The notes: generated by a model from the sequence alone, not told the origin. 64,000 nt of DNA from Dehalococcoidia bacterium (GCA_963665775.2 CAXXTF010000002.1:1376001-1440000); one strand, 5' to 3'; shown: positions 1 through 10,726, counted from the first letter of the stretch. A program made the numbers and translations.

Positions 1-2
1 TC

Positions 3-1169
3 GAGGGGCCGGACTCGCCGGACCCGGGCCGCTCCATGGTCCGCTATGAGGTTACGCCGGGCGGCCCCAACGCCTACTTCGAGACCCACAACCGGAACAA
101 GCGGGGCATCGTCCTCGACCTGAAGAGCGACGGCGGCCGCCAGGTGCTCTACCGGCTGGTGGAGGACGCCGACGTGGTGGTCCAGAACTTCCGGCCGGGG
201 GTCAACGACCGTCTGGGCATCGACTACGAGACCCTCTCCCGACTGAATCCCCGGCTGATCTACTGCTCGGCCTCGGGGTTCGGGCTGAAGGGGCCGGACG
301 CGGGGCAGCCGGCGCTGGACCCCCTGGCGCAGGCCCGTGGCGGCGTTATGAGCGTGACCGGAGAGCCGGAGGCGCCACCCACCCGGACGTTCAACGGTTT
401 CGCCGACCAGGTGAGCGCCTTCCTCCTGGCCTACGGCATCGCGCTGGCCCTCTTTCATCGGGAGCGCACGGGCCAGGGGCAGGTAGTGGAAGGCTCCCTC
501 CTACAGGCGACGATGGCGGCCCAGTCCTTCAACATATCTAGCTACCTCATGTGCGGCACCTATGCCGGCGCCCCCATCCCTAGAATCTCGCGAAGGCTCA
601 CCAGCCCCCTGTTCAACCACTACAAGACATCAGATGGGAAGTGGGTCATGCTGACCATGGCCCAGGTCGGGCGCTACTGGCCGCCCTTCCGCCAGGCGAT
701 GCAGGAGGCGACAGGCGAGGCCCTCCAGCCGGAGGAGATGACCATCGACTGGCTCGGCAGTCATTTCGGGGAGCTCATGCAGCTCATCACCAAGCTGGAC
801 GCCCTGTTCGCCACGCGGAAGGCTGAGGAGTGGTTGGCGCTGTGCCGCCGCCACGACCTGCTCATCGAGGTGGTGCAGGACTACAAGGAGCTGGCTTCCG
901 ACCCGCAGGTGGTGGAGAACGGCATGATCGCTACTTTGGAGCACCCGGCCTACGGGCCACTTCGCATGGTGGCGCCGGCGGTGAACCTGAGCGTCACGCC
1001 GGGGCGGCTGGAGAGGCCGGCGCCGGAGTTCGGGCAGCACACGGAGGAGGTGCTGCTGGAGACCGGCTTCACCTGGGAGGAGATTGAGGCGCTGCGGAGC
1101 GGCGGCGATATCGGCCCGCGGGCAGCCATCCCTCCTGCTGCCCAGGAGCAGAACCCTCCCTCATCATAG
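3..1169 (+). CDS. CaiB/BaiF family III CoA-transferase (5'-partial)
   Basis: Motifs NRNKRGIVLDLK, ADVVVQNFRPGV, LIYCSASGFG, PAPEFGQHTEEVL. Frame stays open upstream of ATG 36 to the window edge. Confidence 0.92.
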   Translation, partial: EGPDSPDPGRSMVRYEVTPGGPNAYFETHNRNKRGIVLDLKSDGGRQVLYRLVEDADVVVQNFRPGVNDRLGIDYETLSRLNPRLIYCSASGFGLKGPDAGQPALDPLAQARGGVMSVTGEPEAPPTRTFNGFADQVSAFLLAYGIALALFHRERTGQGQVVEGSLLQATMAAQSFNISSYLMCGTYAGAPIPRISRRLTSPLFNHYKTSDGKWVMLTMAQVGRYWPPFRQAMQEATGEALQPEEMTIDWLGSHFGELMQLITKLDALFATRKAEEWLALCRRHDLLIEVVQDYKELASDPQVVENGMIATLEHPAYGPLRMVAPAVNLSVTPGRLERPAPEFGQHTEEVLLETGFTWEEIEALRSGGDIGPRAAIPPAAQEQNPPSS

Positions 1170-1321
1170 ACGCTTCGCTCCGAAATGGGGTGAGAGAGCG
1201 AACCGCCCTGTCATTAAGAGGCCGCCTTAGGCGGACGAAGAATCTAAGCCAAGGATTGTGCCCATCACTCGGGGCCAGACGGCGGAATTAAGGGCACGCC
1301 TTCCCTCGGGAGCCTTGCTGA

Positions 1322-1888
1322 TCAGTCGCCGATCTTGGCGGTAACCATCTTTCGCAGCTTGCGCAGGGTGCGGAAGAGGATAACCCGCACGTTGACCTCA
1401 CTTAGGCCCACGACCTGAGCGATCTCGCTGTTGCTGAGACCGGCGTCGAACCTGAGGGCGACGATATCTTGCTCGCGCTGGGGGAACTCCCTAAGGCAGG
1501 CGACCACGGCGCCCACCTCATCGCGGACAATGATGTCGTTCTCCAAGGAGGCTCTGACGGGGGCGATGGCGTGCAGGAGGACAGGGTCGACAACGATCTC
1601 GCGGCCGCTCTTGCGCCTGTGACTTGTGACGACGTTGCGGGCGATGGTGAACAGCCAGGTGGAGAAGGCCTCCTCCTTGCGAAGGGTAGAGGCCTTTGCG
1701 AAGGCCCGCTCGAAGACATCGGCGACGAGGTCCTCGGCCAGGTGGACGTTCTCGACGCGGCCGTAAACGTAGGCGAACACGCGAGGGAAGAACTCCTTGT
1801 ACGTCTCGGCGAACCGGTCCGGGCGACGGGCTACAGTCGCCCTGCCATCGGGCTTAGAAGAATCGAACAGCTTGGGAAGAGAAGGCAT
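1322..1888 (-). CDS. ECF (sigma-70 group 4) RNA polymerase sigma factor
   Basis: Region 2 AEDLVADVF...FSTWLFTIARN; region 4 GLSNSEIAQVVG..EVNVRVILFR. Confidence 0.92.
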   Translation of the reverse strand: MPSLPKLFDSSKPDGRATVARRPDRFAETYKEFFPRVFAYVYGRVENVHLAEDLVADVFERAFAKASTLRKEEAFSTWLFTIARNVVTSHRRKSGREIVVDPVLLHAIAPVRASLENDIIVRDEVGAVVACLREFPQREQDIVALRFDAGLSNSEIAQVVGLSEVNVRVILFRTLRKLRKMVTAKIGD

Positions 1889-2127
1889 CTTCTTGGGAGT
1901 CTGGAAGAACGCTGGCGTGAGATCTAGTGGGGACTAGACGACGGCCAGCGGCACATGACGAACGATTTCTAACGCATTATCCTCTGCTTCTACAGTTGAT
2001 TGCTTTAACTATAGAGAGGAATTGTTCAGGCTGTCAATCCTTTGCATGACAATAACACGATGAATAAACACGATGAATAATTCGTATAAAGAGGACGATC
2101 TAGGAAGGCCAATGCTATACTGGTTCG

Positions 2128-2973
2128 GTGACAACGGCAGACCCGCACAGCAGAAGAGACGTGAACGGGCACCGACCCTTGACCGTAGAGCTGCCGTGGA
2201 CGGCGCCGCGCATCGCCGTCCTTGAGATCACCGGCACTATAGGGACGACCGTGCGCGGACCGGAGATGGTGCGCACGATCAACGCGCTGGCCAACGACGC
2301 CCGCGTCCGGGCCGTGGTGGTGGAGGTGGACTCGCCTGGGGGCTCGGCCCCGGTGTCCGACGCCATCCACCGCTCGCTGCGCAAGCTATCTGCCCGCAAG
2401 CCCACCCTCGCCTACGTGCTGGGCTCCAGCCTCTCCGGCGGCTACCTTATCGCCTGCGGGGCGTCGCGGATCATCGCCCTGCCCACCTCGCTTGTGGGGT
2501 CCATAGGCGTGATCTTCCTGAGGCCGGTGGTGCAGGAGCTGATGGAGCGTTTGGGCGTGCGGATGGAGATGACCCACAAGGGTAGGCTGAAGGGAATGTT
2601 CCAGCCCTGGCGAGAGCCGACACCCGAAGAGCAGGAGAAGGTAGAGGCCCTGACGGAGGAGTACTACCAGTGGTTCGTCGATGCCGTGGCCACGGCGCGA
2701 GGGCTGGAACCGGAGGTCGTACAAGGGTACGCCACCGGTGAAGTGTTCCCCGCCCTGCGAGCCAAGGAGATGGGGCTCGTCGATGAGCTGGGAGACCTGG
2801 ACCTGGCGCTGGACATGGCCTGCGAGCTGGGTCGGGTGCCACGGCGGCTGCAATACGTTCGGCCGCGACGCCCGCTGCTGGAACGGCTGCTGTCGCGGGG
2901 CGGCGCCTCGATGGCGCAAGAGTTTCTGGCAGAGGCGGAAAGCTGGCTCCGCCCCAGAGTAGAGTTTCGATAA
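2128..2973 (+). CDS. sppA: Signal peptide peptidase SppA (peptidase S49)
   Basis: VDSPGGS, SGGYLIA, GSIGV motifs. Confidence 0.88.
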   Translation: MTTADPHSRRDVNGHRPLTVELPWTAPRIAVLEITGTIGTTVRGPEMVRTINALANDARVRAVVVEVDSPGGSAPVSDAIHRSLRKLSARKPTLAYVLGSSLSGGYLIACGASRIIALPTSLVGSIGVIFLRPVVQELMERLGVRMEMTHKGRLKGMFQPWREPTPEEQEKVEALTEEYYQWFVDAVATARGLEPEVVQGYATGEVFPALRAKEMGLVDELGDLDLALDMACELGRVPRRLQYVRPRRPLLERLLSRGGASMAQEFLAEAESWLRPRVEFR

Positions 2974-3108
2974 GCCCCGGAGAGCGAGGAGCGCTCTAGA
3001 TTCCACGAGGTCAGCCCGATTGACTTCACGAGCGGCTGAGATTAATGTGATGGAACCAGCTCTTCAGTGCCCTATCGCACTGGTAACGATCACCCGAGGA
3101 GGCGCCTA

Positions 3109-3708
3109 ATGGTGGACTCTGCCGCACGTGTGCCGCTCTTAAAGCGGGAAGAGGTCCCGGCCGAAGCTCAGGCCGCCTACGACCACGTCGCCGAGACGCG
3201 AGGCGGCGGGCAGCTGGGGAACGTCTTCAAGGCGCTGGCCAATAGCCCAGGAGCCTTAGAGAATGTGGCAGCGGTAGGCGAGTTCGTCCGCGGTGGAGTG
3301 GTTCAGGGAGAACGGTTTGGGTCAAGCTTGAGGCGCGGGCTTCAGGAGCTGGTGATCCTTACCGTAGCCCACGAAGTCCGTAACGTGTACGAGTGGACGG
3401 GCCACTGGCGCACCGTGGACGGCTTCGCGGAGCGGCTCCACCTCTCCCCGGAAGTCCTGCAGATGATCGGTAAGCCTGAGCTGGAGCAGCAGCCGGCCCC
3501 GGTTGGCGCCAGCGTCCGCTTCGCCCGCCTGGTGGCCCGCGGCCAGGAGGTCGACGAAGCCACCATCACCTCCCTCAAAGAGACGCTGGGCGATGCTGGA
3601 CTGGTCGACCTCACCGTCAATGTCACCTACTACCTGCTGCTGTCCCGACTAATCGACGTCCTCAAGGTACCGCTAGACGGCAGCGTGGAACCGCGGCCGT
3701 TCGAATGA
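3109..3708 (+). CDS. Carboxymuconolactone decarboxylase/AhpD-like protein
   Basis: NVFKALANSP...ELVILTVA...YEWTGH pattern; GGAGG before ATG 3109. Confidence 0.7.
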   Translation: MVDSAARVPLLKREEVPAEAQAAYDHVAETRGGGQLGNVFKALANSPGALENVAAVGEFVRGGVVQGERFGSSLRRGLQELVILTVAHEVRNVYEWTGHWRTVDGFAERLHLSPEVLQMIGKPELEQQPAPVGASVRFARLVARGQEVDEATITSLKETLGDAGLVDLTVNVTYYLLLSRLIDVLKVPLDGSVEPRPFE

Positions 3709-3756
3709 TCACGCCCGCCACGTTACGATCTGTATTTGCAATGGAGGTTATCTATC

Positions 3757-4659
3757 ATGGCCACGTCTAAGGCCTTCGGTCTCTCTATGCCTGATGCTGC
3801 CCGGGCCATGGGGATAAAGTTCAGCGAGGACGCCCAACCCGAGGATAAGTTCCTGACCATCAACGACCTTCGCTTCCACTACCTTGACTGGGGCAAGGAG
3901 GGGAACCCGCCCCTAGTCCTCCTCCACGGGGGCGGGCAATCGTGCCACATGTGGGATTTCTTCTCCCTGGTGTTCAGAGACCAGTACCACATCTACGCGC
4001 TCGACCAGCGGAACCACGGCGATACTGACACTTCCGAGGATAATACCCTCGAGGTGAATATGGCCGACATCGGCGGCTTTCTGGACCATGTGGGCCTGGA
4101 GCGAGCCTACCTCATCGGCTTCTCCATGGGCGGCCGAAACTCCTTCTGCTACGCAGCCCTTAACCCCGATAGGGTTGAGGCCCTGATGGTCGTCGACGTA
4201 GGGCCTGATATGAAGTCGAGACCCGAGGGGGGGGACGGCATCCGCGATCCCAACCGGATTCAGACCTTCGCCTCGCTGGAAGAGATCGCGGGGCGCATTC
4301 GCAAGCACACGCCCCACCGCTCGCTGGAGCAGATCAAGGGCAGCCTCCAGCACACGGTCTACCAGAGGCCAGACGGCAGGTGGGGCTGGAAGAACCAGCG
4401 CGGCGGCGGGAGCCCCATCGCGGGCAACTGGGACAGCGAACTCATGTGGAAGTATATCGGCCAGGTTCAGTGCCCCACCCTCGTGGTTCGCGCCACTCGC
4501 AGCGAGGTCTTCCCCAGCGAAACAGCCGATAAGATGATCGACATCATGCCCAACGCTGTTCAGGCCGTCGTCGGCCGGTCAGGACACAGGGTGGCTGGCG
4601 ACAATCCCATCCAGTTCGAGCAGGTTATCCGCAGCTTTCTCGATAACCTGAGGAGATAA
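3757..4659 (+). CDS. Alpha/beta hydrolase
   Basis: LLHGG, LDQRNHG, GFSMGG nucleophile elbow, C-terminal SGH. Confidence 0.9.
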   Translation: MATSKAFGLSMPDAARAMGIKFSEDAQPEDKFLTINDLRFHYLDWGKEGNPPLVLLHGGGQSCHMWDFFSLVFRDQYHIYALDQRNHGDTDTSEDNTLEVNMADIGGFLDHVGLERAYLIGFSMGGRNSFCYAALNPDRVEALMVVDVGPDMKSRPEGGDGIRDPNRIQTFASLEEIAGRIRKHTPHRSLEQIKGSLQHTVYQRPDGRWGWKNQRGGGSPIAGNWDSELMWKYIGQVQCPTLVVRATRSEVFPSETADKMIDIMPNAVQAVVGRSGHRVAGDNPIQFEQVIRSFLDNLRR

Positions 4660-4671
4660 GCTCAGACCGGC

Positions 4672-5100
4672 TCAGCGGAAAACAGTCTCGATCCTGGCCG
4701 AGGCGTCGAAGAAGTACTGGAAGCTCTGGTTACATCGGAAGAAGAGAGCACGCCCCTCGTCGTGATGGGCGCGGGCTAGCCTTTCGGGCTCCTCCAGGTC
4801 GATAGTGCTGAGGGTATGGTGAAGGTCCGCCTTATCGTTCGCCCGGATGTTCCGCAGCATCCCCTGCCAGCGCCCGTACGCTGCCTCCAGCCAGAAGTCT
4901 GTCTCCTCGACCTCGCTCTCACTCACCTCCGCAACCTCAGCCACCCCGAAGGACTCGAATGATAGGCGGTAGCACAGCCCGAGATCCGGGATCTTGACAC
5001 CGACCCGAGCCTCGCAGGCGCCGATGCGGCGATAGGCCTCGTCCCGGTTAACGATATCGCTGACGGCCTCAAACCACTCCAGTGCAGGGAAGGTAGGCAC
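4672..5100 (-). CDS. Hypothetical protein (possible SCP2-like fold)
   Basis: FPALEWF N-terminus typical of SCP2-like proteins; co-oriented in the minus-strand operon. Confidence 0.55.
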   Translation of the reverse strand: MPTFPALEWFEAVSDIVNRDEAYRRIGACEARVGVKIPDLGLCYRLSFESFGVAEVAEVSESEVEETDFWLEAAYGRWQGMLRNIRANDKADLHHTLSTIDLEEPERLARAHHDEGRALFFRCNQSFQYFFDASARIETVFR

Positions 5101-5103
5101 GGC

Positions 5104-5829
5104 TCACCACATACGGAAGCCCCGTCTACGGACGGGCCTGGAGAGAGAACGGCGGGGTATGAAGGGCCGGAGCAGGAGGACGATGAGAAATCCGGCAGCG
5201 AAGCCGCCGACGTGGGCCCAGAAGGCGACACCGCCGGAGACGCCGGTGGCGTCACCGCCCAGGGAGGCCACGCCACTAAGCAGCTGTAGCAGGAACCAGA
5301 AGCCGATGAGGATCACGGCGGGCACCGGAAAGGGGCCGAAGAACCAGAGCCAGGGGATGAGCACTCCCACCATAGCCCTGGGATAGAGCACGAGATAGGC
5401 CCCGAGGACGCCGGCGATGGCGCCGCTCGCGCCCACCATCGGAACCGTGCCATCCGGATCGAGGGCCACCTGGAGGGCAACAGCACCCACGGCGGCTACC
5501 AAATAGAAGAGAAGGTAGCGGATGTGGCCCAGGGCGTCCTCCACGTTATCGCCGAACACCCAGAGGAAGAGCATGTTGCCGATGAGATGCAGCCAGCCGC
5601 CGTGGATGAAGGCGGCCGTGAGCACAGTCAGCGGCTCCTCCAGTCCGGCGGGACTCTCCACCCAATCGATAAGCCGGACCGGGACGACGCCGTGCTCCAA
5701 AAAGAGGCGGTTGATCTCGCCCGCAGACAGGGAGATCTCGTAGATGAAGAACAGGAGGTTGGCGAGGATGATCCCGACGGTGACATATGGGAACGTGCGG
5801 CTGCGAATGCTATCGCCGATGGGGATCAT
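5104..5829 (-). CDS. Rhomboid family intramembrane serine protease
   Basis: HGGWLHLIGNM, GASGAIAG, AHVGGF. Confidence 0.95.
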   Translation of the reverse strand: MIPIGDSIRSRTFPYVTVGIILANLLFFIYEISLSAGEINRLFLEHGVVPVRLIDWVESPAGLEEPLTVLTAAFIHGGWLHLIGNMLFLWVFGDNVEDALGHIRYLLFYLVAAVGAVALQVALDPDGTVPMVGASGAIAGVLGAYLVLYPRAMVGVLIPWLWFFGPFPVPAVILIGFWFLLQLLSGVASLGGDATGVSGGVAFWAHVGGFAAGFLIVLLLRPFIPRRSLSRPVRRRGFRMW

Positions 5830-5885
5830 ACGGTGTCAGCTTAGCGCATCGAAAGCGAGCGAGTCATCCGGCGGCCGCCGGATGA

Positions 5886-6461
5886 CTATCCCTGGCGCCA
5901 CGGCGTCTCGGCCTTGCCGGCGGCCTTGTTCACATAGCGGGACAGCACGAACAGGAGATCGGACAGGCGGTTGACATACTTGAGGATGGCCGGATTAACC
6001 GGCTCCTCGCTGGCCAGGCTCACGATGGCGCGCTCGGCGCGGCGGCAGACGGTACGCGCCAGATGGAGCAGCGCCCCCACCTGTGTCCCAGAGGGGAGGA
6101 TGAACGTGCTCAGGGGCGGCACTTTGGCGTCGTACTCATCGATGAGACGCTCGAGGGCGGCGATCCTGGCCTCGGGCTCCCGGAAGAGACGGCCGACCTC
6201 CGCCGCCCGCTTGGGGCTAGTCTCGGAACTCAGCTCGGAACCGATGTTGAACAGCTCGTTCTGGATGCCCTGCAGAACCGCTGTTAGGCGCCGCTGCCTC
6301 AGGAAGGAAACAGTCACGCCCAGGGTGGCGTTCAACTCGTCCACGCAGCCGTAGGCCTCGACGCGGGGGTGGTCCTTGGGCACACGGCCGCCGCCGAAGA
6401 GGGCGGTCTGGCCGGTGTCGCCGCTCTTGGTGTAGAGCCTGGACCGAGGCGGCTGCTTCAT
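5886..6461 (-). CDS. pduO: PduO-type ATP:cob(I)alamin adenosyltransferase
   Basis: YTKSGDTG, EAYGCVDELN, ARTVCRRAER, NRLSDLLF. Confidence 0.93.
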   Translation of the reverse strand: MKQPPRSRLYTKSGDTGQTALFGGGRVPKDHPRVEAYGCVDELNATLGVTVSFLRQRRLTAVLQGIQNELFNIGSELSSETSPKRAAEVGRLFREPEARIAALERLIDEYDAKVPPLSTFILPSGTQVGALLHLARTVCRRAERAIVSLASEEPVNPAILKYVNRLSDLLFVLSRYVNKAAGKAETPWRQG

Positions 6462-6473
6462 GCCGCGATAAGT

Positions 6474-7331
6474 CTACCCCTCGTGGGGCTGCGGCGCCAC
6501 CACCGGCCGGCCGGTCTGCGGGTGGGGAAACACCTGCACCCGGGTCTCGTACACCCGCTCCAGGGTTTCCACGCGTAGAACCTCCTCCGGCATTCCCTGG
6601 GCCACCACCGTCCCCCGGTCCAGCATGACCAGCCGATGGCAATACTGGGCGGCCAGGGTGAGATCGTGGACGGCGGCCAGCACCGCCTTCCCATCGCCGC
6701 GACAGAACGCCCGCATCAGCTCCAGGACGGCCGCCTGATGACCGATATCCAGGTGGGCCGTGGGCTCGTCCAGGAGGAGTAGCTGCGCCTCCTGAGCCAG
6801 GGCCCGGGCCACCACCACCCGCTGTCGCTCGCCGCCGGACAGTTCGCCGATGCGGCGGTCGGCCAGGGCCCAGCTATCAGTGGCGACCATGGCGCGGCGG
6901 ACAACCTCCAGGTCCGCCGGGCCCTCCGCCTGGAGGAGGCGCAGGTGAGGCGTGCGACCCATGAGGACGGCCTCCAGGGCGGTGAACGCCTCCGGAAGCT
7001 GGGGGTTCTGGGGCACGACGGCGACCAGACGGGCCAGCTCTCGCTGGGGGAGCCCGGCCGTGTCCCAGCCGGCGATGCGAACCTCGCCGGCCAGCGCTGG
7101 CACCAGGGTGGTCACGGCGCGAAACAGGGTAGTCTTGCCGGAGCCGTTGGGTCCCACGAGCCCCAGCAGCTCCCCGGGCGCTAACTCCAGGCTGACGTCC
7201 CGCAGCGCCACTCTCGGACCGCGGGGTCCTGCCGGGTAGGCCACGGTGAGACCTCGAACCTGGAGGAGGGGGGCACCCTCTTCGTGGCCGGGGACGCCTC
7301 CCGATCTGCGGGCGAGAGGGAACGGCTTCAT
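6474..7331 (-). CDS. btuD: Cobalamin/iron-chelate ABC transporter ATPase (BtuD-like)
   Basis: GPNGSGKT, LSGGERQR, LLLDEPT; B12 operon context. Confidence 0.85.
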   Translation of the reverse strand: MKPFPLARRSGGVPGHEEGAPLLQVRGLTVAYPAGPRGPRVALRDVSLELAPGELLGLVGPNGSGKTTLFRAVTTLVPALAGEVRIAGWDTAGLPQRELARLVAVVPQNPQLPEAFTALEAVLMGRTPHLRLLQAEGPADLEVVRRAMVATDSWALADRRIGELSGGERQRVVVARALAQEAQLLLLDEPTAHLDIGHQAAVLELMRAFCRGDGKAVLAAVHDLTLAAQYCHRLVMLDRGTVVAQGMPEEVLRVETLERVYETRVQVFPHPQTGRPVVAPQPHEG

Positions 7332-7332
7332 C

Positions 7333-8433
7333 TCAGTAGGCGGCTCCTCGCGCGCGGCGCAATAGGTAGAGGAAGAAGGGGACGCCGCAGAAGGCGGTGA
7401 TGATCCCCACCGGTATCTCAGAGGGCTGATCGATGGTGCGGGCCAGCAGGTCGGCCAGAATAAGGAAGGCGGCCCCCAGGACGATCGACATAGGCAGGAG
7501 CGTTCGGTGGTCAGGCCCCCAGAGCATGCGCACGGCGTGAGGCACGATCAACCCCACGAAGCCGATGGTGCCGCTGACGGAGACGGCGGCGGCCGTGGCC
7601 AGGGAGGCCGCGCCCAGAAGGAGAAGTTTCGTTCGCTCTACGTCCACGCCCAGGTGCCGCGCCTGCTCCTCGTCCAGGCTGAGGACGTTGAGGATACGAC
7701 CGTGGGCCAGGATGAGGACGGCGGCAGGAATGGCGTACGGGACCACCCAGATCAGCTTGGGCCAGGCGGCGGTGTTGAAGCCACCCAGAACCACAGAGAA
7801 AATCGTGAACATGTGCGTCGTGCTGCGCAGCATCAGGAAGGAGGTGACGGCCGTCGAGAGCGACGCCACGGCGACCCCGGCCAGAATCAGGGTGGTGGCG
7901 GGCACGGTGTTGCCCACACGGGCGACGCCGTACACGACGACAACCGAGACCATGGCGCCGGCGAAGGCGGCCAGGGGCAGGAGGCTGAGGCCGTGCCAGG
8001 AGACGGACAGGGAGGAGACGACAACGATGGTGGAGCCCAGGGCCGCCCCCGTGGCCACGCCTATGAGGTAGGGCTCTGCCAATGGGTTGCGGAAGACGCC
8101 CTGGTAAGTCGCGCCCGCCATGGCCAGGGTAGCCCCCACCAGACCGGCCAGCAGCACCCGGGGCACCCGTACCTCCCAGATGATGTCGCGCCAGGTGGTG
8201 GACAGACCGTCGGCCAGCTCCAGACCGGGTAGGCGGGAGAGAACGATGCGCGCAGTGGCATCGAGCGGAATGCTGGCCGGGCCCACGGCCAGCGCCACCA
8301 GGGCCACGATCAGGAGCAGAGCCAGCCCCAAGGCGAGGCGGGGCCACAGCGAACGCCGTAGGCCCGCCAGGGACAGCTCCCCGCTTGCCGGTGCCGCCAT
8401 GCCTGCCGCCACACCCCGCCGCAGGATGTTCAT
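7333..8433 (-). CDS. btuC: FecCD/BtuC family ABC permease
   Basis: RVPRVLLA, QGVFRNPLAEP, GFVGLIVPH, EIPVGIIT. Confidence 0.88.
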   Translation of the reverse strand: MNILRRGVAAGMAAPASGELSLAGLRRSLWPRLALGLALLLIVALVALAVGPASIPLDATARIVLSRLPGLELADGLSTTWRDIIWEVRVPRVLLAGLVGATLAMAGATYQGVFRNPLAEPYLIGVATGAALGSTIVVVSSLSVSWHGLSLLPLAAFAGAMVSVVVVYGVARVGNTVPATTLILAGVAVASLSTAVTSFLMLRSTTHMFTIFSVVLGGFNTAAWPKLIWVVPYAIPAAVLILAHGRILNVLSLDEEQARHLGVDVERTKLLLLGAASLATAAAVSVSGTIGFVGLIVPHAVRMLWGPDHRTLLPMSIVLGAAFLILADLLARTIDQPSEIPVGIITAFCGVPFFLYLLRRARGAAY

Positions 8434-9413
8434 TGAAAGCGCTCCGGGTACAGGAAGCGGGCCAGGGTCTCCAGCGCTTCTACCAGCCGCGGGCCGGGGC
8501 GTTGGACGATGTCGGGGTCGACGACATGGACACGATCATCGATCACGGCGGAGATATTGCTCCAGCCGGGGCGGGCCTTCACTGACGTCACACTGACCGG
8601 TGGGTCATCGGCGAGGATAATGACCTCTGGGTCTTTAACGATTACAGTTTCAAGGTTCAGTTGGGGATAAGCCAGTCCCGTTTCGGCTGCGATGTTCTGA
8701 GCCTTGAGCAAATTGTATATGTCATTCTCGAAGCTACCGGAGCCAGCGGTGAACAGCATGGCGTCCAGCTCGTGGAAGATGCGCGGGCCCTGATCGACGT
8801 CGGTCAGCTTCTCGCTGACGGCGTCGATACCGTCCCTCATCTCGGCCGTGACGGTCTCTGCCTCGTCCTCGTGCCCCGTGACGCGGCCGAGAAGCTCGAT
8901 CTGGTCGAAAACCTCTTGCACCGAGGAGGGGGAGGCCAGGAAAAGGACGGGAATGCCGAGCCTTTCCAGCGCCTCCTGAAGGCCGCCCGGATCGAAGAAG
9001 ATGAGGACCAGGTCAGGATTCAGCACCGCAATACCCTCCACGCTGGGCGAGAAGGCATCGAGGTGCGGCAGGTCAGCCGCCGCGGACGGATAGTCGGAGA
9101 AGTTGTCCACCGCGGCGACAGAGTTACCAGCGCCGATGGCGAAGAGTATCTCCACGAAGGCGGGTGCCAGAGCCATGATCCTCTGAGGCGGGAGCTCCAC
9201 CCGCACTTCTCGTCCGTTGCTGTCCGTGACGGTGACAGGAAAGAGCTCAACTGGCGCGGGAGAGGGAGTTTCGGCGGCCGGGGCAATTGTCACGGCGGGC
9301 GTTTCGGTGGCCGCCGTGGTCTGGGGAGCGACCCCGTCGCCACCGCCGCCACAGGCGATGGCGGCCAGGGCCAGGACGGCCACTAAGATTAGGAGCGGAT
9401 TACGAGCGCTCAT
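8430..9413 (-). CDS. btuF: Cobalamin-binding lipoprotein (BtuF-like)
   Basis: Lipobox AIAC, FPVTVTD, PQRI, RPGPRL; GGAGG RBS; lies downstream of the B12 riboswitch. Confidence 0.85.
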   Translation of the reverse strand: MSARNPLLILVAVLALAAIACGGGGDGVAPQTTAATETPAVTIAPAAETPSPAPVELFPVTVTDSNGREVRVELPPQRIMALAPAFVEILFAIGAGNSVAAVDNFSDYPSAAADLPHLDAFSPSVEGIAVLNPDLVLIFFDPGGLQEALERLGIPVLFLASPSSVQEVFDQIELLGRVTGHEDEAETVTAEMRDGIDAVSEKLTDVDQGPRIFHELDAMLFTAGSGSFENDIYNLLKAQNIAAETGLAYPQLNLETVIVKDPEVIILADDPPVSVTSVKARPGWSNISAVIDDRVHVVDPDIVQRPGPRLVEALETLARFLYPERFQ

Positions 9414-9456
9414 ATGAGACACCTCCCGATTGCTGTCGGAAGGCAAGGGAGCAGCG

Positions 9457-9488
9457 AAAAAATAACCCCTGCCCGAGTTGGCAGGGGT
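9457..9488 (-). terminator. Intrinsic terminator (riboswitch expression platform)
   Basis: Minus strand ACCCCTGCC-aactcg-GGCAGGGGT followed by TATTTTTT, between riboswitch and btuF. Confidence 0.75.
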
Positions 9489-9540
9489 CCGCGTTTCATC
9501 GCCTAGCCCAATGCCTTTCCTCGAAGGCTGGAACCCAGAC

Positions 9541-9700
9541 GATGGCAGGCGACCTGGCTCCCCCAGTATCGTCAGGAGGGGCGACCCGGGGATACAGTTG
9601 CGGGACAGCGCCGGCCTCTCACCGGCTTCGCTTTTGACCCCTGCCCTCCCGGCAACGAGAGGCCCGCTGCCGCAGGGTCGTGGGGACCACTGTCTTCGCT
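9541..9700 (-). ncRNA. Cobalamin (B12) riboswitch
   Basis: Minus strand AAGCGAAGCCGGTGAGAGGCCGGCGCTGTCCCGCAACTGTA...GAGCCAGGTCGCCTGCC B12-box; upstream of btuFCD-pduO. Confidence 0.92.
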
Positions 9701-9820
9701 ATTCGGTTGTTGACCGCACTATAGCAGCCGCCCGCAAACCGAGTCAAGCTACCGTTGAACGGGGCGGCGCCAGGCCATACCATACGGGCACAGGCAGTTC
9801 AGCCAGCCACGAGGTGAGCG

Positions 9821-10612
9821 ATGGATCTGGGACTGAAAGGTAAGGTAGCCCTGGTAGGGGGGTCAAGCAAGGGGATCGGTCGGGCGGCGGCCACAGCCCT
9901 GGCCAGGGAAGGGTGCAAGGTCGCCATCTGCGCCCGCGGCGACACAGCCCTGACTGCCACCGCCCAGACGATCCGTCAGCAGACGATGGCCCAGGTCCTG
10001 CCCCTGGTCTGCGATATGGCCAGCTATGAGGACATCAAGCACGTCGTGGCGGAGACGGTGAAGACGTTCGGGCGGCTGGACATCGTGGTGAACAACGCCG
10101 GCGGGCCGCCCACAGGCTCCTTCGACGACTTCGCCGAGGAGAGTTGGCAGCAGGCCATAAGCCAGAACCTCCTCTCGGCCATTCGCACCACTCGCGAGGC
10201 GCTGCCTCACCTCCGTCGCTCCGGCTCCGGGCGGATCATCAACATCACATCCGTGTCCGTAAAGCAGCCGATCGACTACCTCATCCTCTCCAACACGACG
10301 CGGCTAGGCGTGGTGGGTATGGCCAAGACCCTATCGCGGGAGGTAGCCGCGGAAGGGATAACGGTAAACAACGTCTGCCCCGGCAACATCGCCACGGAGC
10401 GGCTGGTATCCCTCATCGAGGAGCGGGCCCAACGGCAGGGGATCCCCATGGAGCAGGCGATGGAGGTAGAGGAGGCACGGCTACCTATGGGCTTCCTGGG
10501 CGACCCGGGCGATGTGGCGAGCCTGGTGGTGTTCCTGGCCTCGGCCAAGGCCCGCTACATCACGGGCGCCACCATCCAGGTCGACGGCGGCAGCACCACA
10601 GCGATCTTTTAG
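9821..10612 (+). CDS. Short-chain dehydrogenase/reductase (FabG-like)
   Basis: GSSKGIG, NNAGG, YITGATIQVDGG. Confidence 0.9.
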   Translation: MDLGLKGKVALVGGSSKGIGRAAATALAREGCKVAICARGDTALTATAQTIRQQTMAQVLPLVCDMASYEDIKHVVAETVKTFGRLDIVVNNAGGPPTGSFDDFAEESWQQAISQNLLSAIRTTREALPHLRRSGSGRIINITSVSVKQPIDYLILSNTTRLGVVGMAKTLSREVAAEGITVNNVCPGNIATERLVSLIEERAQRQGIPMEQAMEVEEARLPMGFLGDPGDVASLVVFLASAKARYITGATIQVDGGSTTAIF

Positions 10613-10726
10613 GGACGCGCTAGCCCGTCATCGCACCGCCGCGTCACCCTCGTCCAGGGCGCGTTCCTCTCGGCCAGGCAGGCGGCACCACCATCTCCAA
10701 CGGTATAATATCCCCGAGGATTAACC